Shown: one piece after another, positions 54,725 through 64,000 of the stretch
Layout: each line of letters starts with the position of its first letter
Position numbering within the stretch: the first letter of the stretch is position 1
Assembly: GCF_963921235.1 (NCBI RefSeq)
Contig: NC_086097.1
Span: 106,704,001-106,768,000 of the forward strand
DNA from: Mobula hypostoma
Taxonomy: Eukaryota
Direction: 5' to 3'
DNA: 64,000 nt
Notes under the pieces: generated by a model
Databases searched by the model: none
Seen by the model: the letters and a program-made list of their open reading frames with translations, nothing else
What the model was told of the DNA's origin: nothing
Position numbers and translations under genes: made by a program

Positions 54725-55330
54725 ATTTACTTTGACTTGATCTTTGAGACAGAAAGAAAGGGTGTGCTGCCTGAAGTTGCAAACTTAAATATTTAATCAG
54801 GAAGTCTGCAACGTGCTCAGATGGAAGATGAGATGTTGTTCCTCAAATTGGATTGGACCTTGTTGTAATCCCACCACTGTCTGAAGCAGTTTGTACGTTG
54901 CCACCGTTACCAAATGGGTTTCTCCCGAGTGCCTCCAGTTTCCTCCCACAGTCCAAAGACATACTGGTTGGTAGGTTAATTTGTCATAGTAAATTATCCT
55001 GTGATTGGGCTCGGGTTAAAATAGGGGTTGTTGGGCAGCGCGGCTCAAAAGGATGGGTTTATTCCATGCTGCATTTCAATAATTTTTTTTTAAATCGCAA
55101 GAGGCTACAAAACTGTCAGAACTGGAGCAGAATGGGGAATTAAACTGGCAGTTCTGAGTCACTCCTGCGGACTGAATGCAGGTGCCTCATCCCATCTGAG
55201 AGATTTCTCCAGTACAGAGATCACATTATAAACACCACGTGTCGTACAAAGACCGGTAGAAGTGCAAGCAAATCTCTGCTTCAATATGGAAAAATTGCTT
55301 TGGTATCAGGATGGTGGACGGTGGATGGGA
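54725..55330 (-). mobile_element. Old Penelope-like fragment with V-SINE insertion
   Basis: Degenerate similarity to 15880-16230. Confidence 0.45.
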
Positions 55331-55819
55331 GCAGGAAGGACTAGCATCTGTTCTTCTATCCCCCCTTTGTGAGGCACTCTCCCACCCAACCACAGGGAAG
55401 TACATTCACCTCTCCATTTTCAGCATCAAGTTTCTTTGCTCTAACCATCTTTGCCTACCTGGCCTGCAATTGAAAACTGACCAGTTTTCTTTATTACTTG
55501 TTCCGACAAAGGATTCCAGGCCTGAAATGTTAATTCTATTTCCCTTTCCACACTGTCTAACCTGCCAAATGTTTATATTTCAGATTTCCATCATCTGCAG
55601 TTTTTTTTAAATTTTCATTTACTAAAGAGCAAGGGGTTGGAAGGTCTGTGTGTGCAGGTGTGTGGGTGGGTGGGAGGAATGGAGCTTGTTTTGCTGTTGT
55701 TGCTTTGTTGCATGTTGCATTCTTTGTTGTGTTCTGTGTTGTTCTGCTGGGCGCTGTCAGCTTGCTATGCTACTTGCAGGCTACCTCGGCACATTCTTGG
55801 GTCATAGAATATTAGAAAA

Positions 55820-57520
55820 GTACATAGAAACACAGAAAATAGGTGCAGGAGTAGGCCATTCGGCCCTTTGAGCCTGCACCGCCATTCAGTATGATCATAG
55901 CTGATCTTCCAACTCAGAACCCTGTACCTGCCTTCTCTCGATACCCCCTGATCCCTTTAGCCACAAGGGCCATATCTAACTCCCTCTTAAATATAGCCAA
56001 TGAACTGGCCTCAACTGTTTCCTGTGGCAGAGAATTCCACAGATTCTCCACTCTCTGTGTGAAGAAGTTTTTCCTAATCTCGGTCCTAAAAGACTTCCCC
56101 TTTATCCTCAAACTGTGACCCCTCGTTCTGGACTTCCCCAACATCGGGAACAATCTTGCTGCATCTGGCCTGTCCAATCCCTTTAGAATTCTATACGTTT
56201 CAATAAGATCCCCCCTCAATCTTCTAAATTCCAGTGAGTATAAGCCTAGTCGATCCAGTATTTCATCATATGAAAGTCCTGCCACCCCAGGAATCAATCT
56301 GGTGAACCTTCTTTGTACTCCCTCTATGGCAAGAATGCCTTTCCTCAGATTAGGGGACCAAAACTGCACACAATACTCCAGGTGTGGTCTCATCAAGGCC
56401 TTGTACAACTGCAGTAGAACCCCCCTGCTCCTCTACTCGAATCCTCTTGCTATGAATGCCAGCATACCATTTGCCTTTTTCACCGCCTGCTGTACCTGCA
56501 TGCCCACTTTCAATGACTGGTGTATAATGACACCCAGGTCTCGTTGCACCTCCCCTTTTCCTAATCGGCCACCATTCAGATAATAATCTGTTTTCCTGTT
56601 CTTGCCACCAAAGTGGATAACTTCACATTTATCCACATTAAATTGCATCTGCCATGAGTTTGCCCACTCACCTAACCTACCCAAGTCACCCCGCATCCTC
56701 TTAGCATCCTCCTCACAGCTAACACTGCCGCCCAGCTTCGTGTCATCCGCAAACTTGGAGATGCTGCATTTAATTCCCTCGTCTAAGTCATTAATATATA
56801 TTGTAAAAAACTGGGGTCCCAGCACTGAGCTTTGTGGTACCCCACTAGTCACTGCCTGCCATTCTAAAAAGGTCCCGTTTATTCCCACTGTTTGCTTTCT
56901 GTCTGCCAACCAATTCTCTATCCACATCAATACCATACCCCCAATACCATGTGCTTTAAGTTTGCACACTAATCTCCTGTGTGGGACCTTGTCAAAAGCC
57001 TTTTGGAAATCCAAATATACCACATCTACTGGTTCTCCCCTATCCACTCTGCTAGTTACATCCTCAAAAATTTTTCCCCACCACCGATGTCAGGCTAACT
57101 GGTCTATAATTCTCCAGTTTCTCTCTCACTCCTTTGTTAAAAAGCCGGGTTACATTAGCCACCCTCCAATCCTCGGGAACTAATCCAGAATCTAAGAAGT
57201 TTTGAAAAATGATCACTAATGCATCCACTATTACTTGGGCTACTTCCTTAAGCACTCTGGGATGTAGACCACCTGGCCCTGGGGATTTATCTGCCTTTAA
57301 TCCCTTCAATTTCCCTAACACCACTTCCCTACTAACATGTATTTCCCTCAGTTCCTCCATCTCAGTAGACCCTCGGTCCCCTACTATTTCCAAAAGATTA
57401 TTTATGTCCTTCTTAGTGAAGACAGAACCAAAGTAGTTATTCAATTGGTCTGCCATGTCCTTGTCCCCATGATCAATTCGCCTGTTTCTGACTGTAAGGG
57501 ACCTACATTTGTCTTAACTG
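55820..57520 (-). mobile_element. CR1 LINE, 5'-truncated, young subfamily
   Basis: ORFs 57064-57456, 56433-57047, 55914-56408. Confidence 0.97.
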
Positions 57521-57870
57521 TTTCTGACTATTAGGGACCTACATTTGTCTTAACACTACATTTGTCTTAACCTACATTTGTACAACATAGAAACAGGCCA
57601 TTCTGCCTGTCTAGTCTGTGCTGATACTCCCAACGACCTGCACTGAGACCATACCCCTCCATATCCATGTACCACATCCATGTAACTATCCAAAATCTCA
57701 AACATTGAAATCGAGCTCACATGCACCTTTTGTGCTGGCAGATCGTTCCACACTCTCACCACCCTCTGAGTGATGAAGGTTTCCCTCATGTTCCCCTTAG
57801 ATTTTTTAATCTTTCATCCTTAACCCTTGATCTCCGGTTGTAGTCCCATCCAACCTCAGTGGCAAAAGCC

Positions 57871-58236
57871 ACTGAACCTCCCTGAGCTCTCAGGTCGTCT
57901 AAGGCAGGTCTGCTTACTATCCCCAAGGTCAAATCTAAACATGGTGAAGCAGCCTTTAGTTACTATGCTCCACATATCTGGAATAATCTTCCAGAGGAGC
58001 TGAAGTCTGCCCCAACTTTAAGCTCTTTTAAATTGAGGCTTAAAACTTCCCTTTTCACTGTGGCTTTTAATTAGAATCTCCTGCACTGTAACTTCTATTT
58101 ATCATTTCTATTTTGTGTGATTTTATTCTTATATATTGTCTGAAATTTGCTGTTTGATTTTTGTATCTTGTACTATGTAAAGCACCTTGAACTGCCTTGT
58201 GTTTGAAAAGTGCTCTACAAATAAACTTGCTTGCTT
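57871..58236 (+). mobile_element. L2 LINE 3' end inserted in a CR1 fragment (57585-58420, minus)
   Basis: LRSSKAGLLTIPKVKSKHGEAAFSYYAPHIWNNLPEELKSAPTLSSFKLRLKT; TGTAAAGCAC...AATAAA(CTTG)n tail. Confidence 0.9.
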
Positions 58237-58861
58237 GCATTTACCCTATCTATACCCCTCATAATTTTGTATACCTCTATCAAATTGCCTCTCAATCTTC
58301 TACATTCCAAGGAATAAATTCCTAACCTATTCAATATTTCTTTATAACTCAGGTGCTCCGATCTCAGCAACATCCTTGTAAATTTTCTCTGTACTCTTCC
58401 AACCTTATTTACGTCTTTCCTGCGTGTTGGTATTAATGCAAATGATGCATTTCACTGTATGTTTTGATGTACACGTGAATAGTGAATTTGAATGTTGAAA
58501 AGAATGGGAAATAAATTGCAGAAGTATGAGATATCCATTAATAAACATGGAGATGTCATCTACAAACAGAAGATGAGCTGTCAATGTACAGGAGCTCACC
58601 TATGAAAATATGGAAAATCAACTACAAAATAGCAGGAGACCATCTGAAACTGATTTGGAGATTACCTCCAAAAGGATTAGAGATCAACTAAAGTGGAACT
58701 ACAAATGAACTTGAGCTCAGCTGCAAACAAGTAGAGATCAATTTCAGAACAGCAAGTAGTTAAGAAAAACTAGGTAATCAGCTATATCATTGCTGAAAAT
58801 CACCTTCAATAATGCAAGAGATCGGCCTCTATCAGTCATAAAATAGCAAGGGTTGAACAGC

Positions 58862-59059
58862 TGTACCGTATAGCCTACATTATAATAAGGGACTACTTTA
58901 TGTTTTAGTAACACATCGTTGCATGCGCTATTAGGCATGTATTGCTCTGTACATGTGTGCCGACTTCGGATTATGCCAGTAAAGAACTATGAAACTTAGC
59001 TCCCATCTCCAGTGTTTTTATTAATAGCATTGTTGTGTAGCCAGGCCACATACACAACA
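58862..59059 (+). repeat. 5' LTR
   Basis: TG...CA ends; ungapped match to 62614-62811 with about 18 substitutions by hand count. Confidence 0.95.
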
Positions 59060-59062
59060 AAC

Positions 59063-59073
59063 TGGCGACGAGG
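59063..59073 (+). promoter_or_regulatory. Primer binding site, tRNA-Ser(GCT) type
   Basis: TGGCGACGAGG 3 nt after the 5' LTR; complementary to ...CCUCGUCGCCA, the 3' end of vertebrate tRNA-Ser(GCU). Confidence 0.85.
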
Positions 59074-59439
59074 TTAAGGAACCTACATCTTATCAGAATG
59101 CCGTGTTTTAGTTGATAACGACACTCGGAGGAAGAGCACAAGGAATGAGCCAAGGAGTGGGAGAAGGAGGCAGAGTGAGGCCGTGAGTCCGAAAGGAAGC
59201 GGGAGCACAGCTGGGGTGGGGAACGTCAGGAGACCAAGAGACACAGTAGGAGCCACAGCACGTCCAGCCGAGACCACAGACGGCGCTGACTCTAGGGGCT
59301 GAGGGACTGCCTGTCCAGAAGGGAGATAAAAAGGAGCGACACACGCATCTAGATGGAGTGCACTCGTGGCGCTAGCAAAAAGGACACGCGAGTCAAAAAG
59401 AAAACAAGGGGAAAACGGGGCTAAATTAACATAACAAAG

Positions 59440-60630
59440 ATGGCGATGACTGGAACCATTACAGCATTTGATAGTGGCATTGAAGACTGGGCAATTTACA
59501 TTGAGAGAGTGAAGTTATATTGTGATGCTAATGATGTTAATGATGAAAAGAAAGCCAGCGTCTTGCAAGGTATTATGGGAGCAAAAACATAAGGGCTGCT
59601 ACGGAGCTTGTTTACTCCTGAAAAGCCAGCTGACAAAACGTTCAAGCAAATAGTAGACACTCACGAACAGCAATCAAACCCCAAACCACTGGTCATTGCT
59701 GAAAGATTTAAGTTTCACAAACGGAATCAGAGCAAAAATGAAAGCATTTCTGAATATCATGCTGAATTGTGCAAATTATCAGAACATTGTCAATTTGGAG
59801 CTGGGCTATCAGACACATTGAGGGACAGGTTAGTGTATGGAATGCACTATGAAACCACACAGAAGAAGCTCCTGGGTGAAAAAAGACCTTACATTAGAGA
59901 AGGCGCTGAACATTGCAATATCAACGGAAACAGCAGCATGGGGTGCTTCAGAGATACAACAAAAATCTCCAGGATATGCTACGAATAAAATGTCACAGAA
60001 CAGAAATGAAGGAAAGAAATATTACCATTGTGAGAACATGTCACATGACCCTGATGACTGTTGGTTTAAAGACAAAGAATGCAGAAACTGCGGCAAACAG
60101 GGCCACACTGGCAGTGTATACAAAGCTAGTAAACAGCGGAAAAAGGACAAAATACAGAGAAACAAGAAACCCCAGAAAGGAAAATGCAACAACATACACA
60201 AAATGGAAGAAAGCAGTTCTGATGAAAACGACTCAGACAAAAGTGAATTGTCTTGTCTGCAACTACACAGCGTGAAAGAGTCAGATGATCGAAGAGTAAT
60301 ATGGATCATTCCACAAGTGGCGGGTGTGAGACTGAAAATGGAGTTGGACACAGGCTCAGGTTTAATAATGATCTCTGTATACGACTACAAATGACTGTTT
60401 TCTCACATACCTCTGAAATGAACTAAACTACTGCTAAGGACTTGCACAGGACAGAAAGTGCGTCCCAAAGGCAAAATTAAAGTGACAGTGACTCATGGAG
60501 ACAAAACACAGCAGCTAAACCTCTATGTACTGAAAAATGAAGGGCCACAGTTGTTGGGACAGGAATGGCTCAGGAAAATCCAGTTGGATTGGCACACCAT
60601 CAAGACACAAGGTGTGTCAACAAAGGAGGG
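59440..60630 (+). pseudogene. Gypsy gag plus aspartic protease, disrupted
   Basis: MAMTGTITAFDSGIEDWAIYIERV...PKPLVIAERFKFHKRNQ...LRDRLV; two degenerate zinc knuckles (CENMSHDPDDC, CRNCGKQGH); protease LDTGS and LLGQEWL; stops near 59590, 60392, 60419 and a +1 frameshift near 59880. Confidence 0.92.
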
Positions 60631-60646
60631 CAGCTCAGCCGTGAAG

Positions 60647-62044
60647 ATGTCCGCAGCTCTCCTCTCACCCATTGTCGACTAATACAACAATGAGGAGGAG
60701 CTAGACAGCGTCAACGATGAAGACAAACACAGTATCCGTGGCTGCGACTTGGATGAAGATACAGAGGATGCAAGTGAGACAGATATTGCCAATAAGCAGG
60801 ATGATGAAAACTACCTGGAAGTAAAAGAGCAGATGTACCAGGAGAAATTGACATCTCTCAAAAGACAGCTACAGCAGTTACAGGAAGGCACTTTGCAGGA
60901 GTATCAGAAAAGGATGAGGAAACTAGATCAACAATACAAGGAAAGAATACGAAATGCAGAGCTTTTTCTGCAACTGGAGACAGAACAACTGGAAAGGAAT
61001 TATATTAAAGAGAAGAAAGCAGCAGTAAAGGAATTTGAAGATAAAAAGATTGAGTTAGAAGAAAAGAAAAAAGATGATTGAGAATGAGAGGCTAACAATG
61101 GAACTCACAGGAGATTCTATGGCGGTAAAGCCAAAAATGACTAGGAAACTAAAGAGGAGACCTAATGACCCTGGTCCAATTACAGACAAAAGACAAAAAC
61201 CTGCACCTGTGCAGTTAAATTACTTGTTAATAGATGAACAGATTAGATTATGAGGACACTCAGTTCTCGTTTATTGTCATTTAGAAATGCGTGCATTAAA
61301 AATGATACAATGTTCCTCCAGAAAGATATCACAGAAACACAGGACAAATCAAAACTAACTGACAAAACCACATAATTATAACATAAGTTATAAACTTCGA
61401 GCCTCCGTCCAGCCCTCTGACACTGAGCACCATCTCTGCCGAGCGCTTTGACCCCGCCCTGGCCGCTGAGCAACAAGCAAAGCCGAGGACTCAGGGCCTT
61501 CCCCTCCAGAGATTCAGGATCACACAGTAGCAGTGGCAGCGAAACAGGCATTTCAGAAGTTTCACCAGATCTTCCTCCGTACTCTCACGTCTGTCTTCAT
61601 CAGATCAGGATTGTGCACAACATCCTACTTGACAAATAACAGATATCATTCACCGGAGTGTCCGCTGCAAGCTGCGTCGCGCCGCTATCTTCTCCTCTCC
61701 TCATTATGTAAGGTCTGTGAACTCTCAATAAGCTTAAACCTCCGAAAAGACCAGCATCTCCGTCTTCTCCTGAGCATCTTCCCAGCACTCCTGTTGAATC
61801 ACCAGCACAAAGATATGAAGCACGAATAGAAGCAGGAAAGTTATATTACGATAAGAGATGGTATCATAAAGGTCAGGCTATCTATTTGGAATCAATGGAG
61901 AATACGAAGATTGGCTGTGTAATTAGCTCAGTTGGAACAAATGAGATATGGGTAAGGAAGACAAATGATAGCACAAAGTTGTGTATATATCTAGGACAGC
62001 GGCACAGAGGAGTCTTCATTATACGGAGGCGATCTGCTGCCTGG
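60647..62044 (+). pseudogene. SUDS3: Processed (intronless) pseudogene of SUDS3 / SDS3, Sin3-HDAC corepressor subunit
   Basis: MSAALL...[11 protein letters not shown]...[55 protein letters not shown]...[12 protein letters not shown]...QLNYLL; resumes at 61703 with [21 protein letters not shown]...[11 protein letters not shown]...FIIRRRSAA. Matches vertebrate SDS3 end to end; has stops, a 24-nt deletion, a frameshift and one insertion. Confidence 0.96.
61245..61702 (-). mobile_element. Short non-LTR (SINE-like or deleted LINE) insertion splitting the SUDS3 copy
   Basis: SUDS3 frame stops at DEQI and resumes at IM; on minus strand starts GAGGAGAGGAGAAGATAGCGGCGCG and ends AATAAA...(TAATC)n; no GT-AG ends on plus. 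Confidence 0.75.
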
Positions 62045-62613
62045 AGCTCTTAGCAAAGTTGGAGGCACATATCTTCTTAACTCTCTGTGCTCAGAGGTCA
62101 ACTGTTCATGACCTTTATATGGAAATCTGTATTAAAACAAACAAGTTTATTGTCAGACTGAAGAACACACTATTTGAAGACACTTTTCAATGCCATCTCA
62201 GTTTTGATGATTGTACATATTTTTAAGAATAACATTCACCTTTTCACGGATTTCACTTTGCTTTCGTCATCTTTGCAAGATGGAGGTGACTACTCTTTAT
62301 GGCTGGAACCTGCCAATTTGTAGATTGTTCAATTTATTCCAGTCAATAGAGTGAAGACCTACTTGCTTCAGTGTCAGACAATCTAGAGAAGACCACCCCC
62401 CCCAAGACTTGAGTTATAAATGGGTCTTAGACCAATAGTAAAAAAGGCTTGTTATAATTCGATATTATTATGTTACTTTGTTATAATTTGATATGATTAA
62501 GTTGCTAAGTAAACAAATGGTAGGCATTTGTATGTTAAGGGTAAATATATTTGTTTAGCATAATGCCCCAGTAAAAAAAAAGTTGATGCACTATTAAAAT
62601 AAAAGTGGAGGAG

Positions 62614-62811
62614 TGTACCGTATAGCCTACATCATAATAAGGAACTACTTTATGTTTTAGTAACATGTCATTGCATGTGCTGTTAGGCGCGTATTGATCT
62701 GTACGTGTGTGCCGAGTTTGGATTATGCCAGTAAAGAACCATGAAACTTAGCTCCCGCCTCCAGCGTTTTTATTAATAGCATTGTTGTGTAGTCAGGCCA
62801 CATACACAACA
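62614..62811 (+). repeat. 3' LTR
   Basis: Direct repeat of 58862-59059, preceded by purine tract AAAATAAAAGTGGAGGAG (PPT, 62596-62613). Confidence 0.95.
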
Positions 62812-63772
62812 GCAGCAAAATAACAAAAACTACACCAACCATAAAATCATTGTGTAACAGTGTGTAAAGTACTACAAGAAAGCAGGTCATCACCTGCTCA
62901 AGAATAGGAGATCATCTCCAAATGGATTTGAGATCAGGTACAAAATCTACCAGAAAGGAGTCAAGGATCAGCTGAAACTGAGCCAAAGATGAGCTAAAAC
63001 TGAGCAGATCAGCCACGAAAGAATAGTAAAGCACCAACAAAAGAATGGAATATCACAGGTGAATCAGAACACAAGCTCTGGACCAGGGAAAAATGGGAAA
63101 TCTGATGTCAACCAGGTGAACTCAGCCGCAACACTGCTGGAAACTAGACACGATACAGAATACAGGCTACAGTGGAGCATGAAACCAGCTACAAATTAGC
63201 AGGAACTCAGTTTGCGATCAGCTACAAAAGAGCAGAAAGTAGGCCAAGAAGGATATCAGGATCAGGCAGAAGAATTCATTACAAAAGTGTCAGAGAACCG
63301 CTATAGACAGTGAGAATTCTGCGAAAAAAAATGGGGATCTTAGTTGAAAAAGGAGATCAAGTAAATTAGCCAGAAAAGACTGGAAGGTTGCAGAACAACA
63401 AGCCAATAAGTTACTGAAGACTGGAGATATGCTATAAGAGAACAAGAAACCAATTGTAAAGCAGTAAGACAAACGCTAAGCCAAAGTGAGGATCCAGAAG
63501 ATCAGGCAATTAGTTTAAAACAGATCTCTGTTACGAAAGAATGAAAGTTCAAAAGAGTTCATGATCAGATACACAAGAGCAGGAAATAAGAAAGGGCAGA
63601 CAAACTACCATATAGCAGGTGATAAGCTACAAAAGAGCAATAGAGAAGTCACTAAAGCGGAGAAGATAAGCAATAGAAGAGTGGGTAATTAGCTACATCA
63701 GAGCAGGAGATAATCCATGGAAAAAGCAAGAGACAAGCTACTAATATACATGAAGTCAGGTGCTAAAGAACA

Positions 63773-64000
63773 GCATAAGACCATAAAATTCAGGAACAGA
63801 ATTAGGCCATTTGGCCCATCAAGTCTGCTCTACCATTTCTTCATGGCTGATTGATTTCCCTCTCTGCCCAATTCTCCTGCCTTTTCCCCATAATCTTTAA
63901 TGCTCTGGCTATCAAGAATCTATCAACCCCTGCCTTAAATATACCCAATGATTTGGCCTCCATAGCCACCCGTGGCAACAAATTCCATAGATTTCCCTCT
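63773..64000 (-). mobile_element. CR1 LINE 3' end (runs off window)
   Basis: CATAAGACCATAA tail and GGCCATTTGGCCCATC as at 30270 and 33222. Confidence 0.9.

Larger units (their letters stand above)
58862..62811 (+). mobile_element. Gypsy (Mag-like) LTR retrotransposon, non-autonomous, carrying a captured SUDS3 cDNA
   Basis: Two 198-bp direct repeats TGTACCG...CACAACA (58862-59059, 62614-62811); flanks ACAGC/GCAGC (5-bp TSD, 1 mismatch); PBS and PPT present; gag and protease remnants, no RT/RNaseH/integrase core. Confidence 0.95.
22754..63770. repeat. Highly degenerate ~21-bp satellite-like backbone, in patches between insertions
   Basis: Recurring AGATCAGCTACAAAAGAGC-like words at 22758-23750, 25400-25750, 32520-33200, 36270-37950, 40450-41060, 46780-47100, 47910-48240, 58520-58860, 62812-63770. 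Confidence 0.7.

Noticed and set aside
59170..59196. Hammerhead-like GTGAGGCCGTGAGTCCGAAA in the Gypsy leader
   Set aside because: Core reads CAGAGUGA, not CUGAnGA; stem II mismatched; no stems I or III
60749..61081. Functional SUDS3 gene
   Set aside because: Stop at 60680, deletion, frameshift, insertion and further stops just after 61703
61245..61702. Insert in SUDS3 as a retained intron (genomic rather than processed copy)
   Set aside because: No GT-AG ends on plus; has an antisense AATAAA and microsatellite tail typical of a retro-insertion; the rest of the CDS is intronless

Overview
Eukaryotic, transposon-dense DNA with no intact host gene; the repeat families (CR1/HER1-like LINEs, V-SINE/HE1-like SINEs, Rex1/Babar, Penelope) suggest a cartilaginous fish, probably a ray (inference). 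The standout is a ~3.95 kb Gypsy (Mag-like) LTR element at 58862-62811 (two 198-bp LTRs, tRNA-Ser PBS, PPT, 5-bp TSD) whose RT-RNaseH-integrase region is replaced by an intronless copy of the host gene SUDS3 (Sin3-HDAC subunit SDS3), in frame with Gag-protease: an apparent retrovirus-style gene capture, now decayed. Also present: Penelope ends carrying minimal hammerhead ribozyme motifs, fossil Harbinger transposase and spliced Myb/SANT genes, a non-autonomous Helitron with 23-aa STPR-like repeats, a tandemly duplicated HERO-like LINE 3' end, a solo LTR, hAT and Tc1 elements, a Nimb/I-type LINE, a degenerate ~21-bp satellite backbone that flips strand, and a strong minus-strand bias of CR1 insertions. 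All family calls come from motif recognition by eye; no database search was run.
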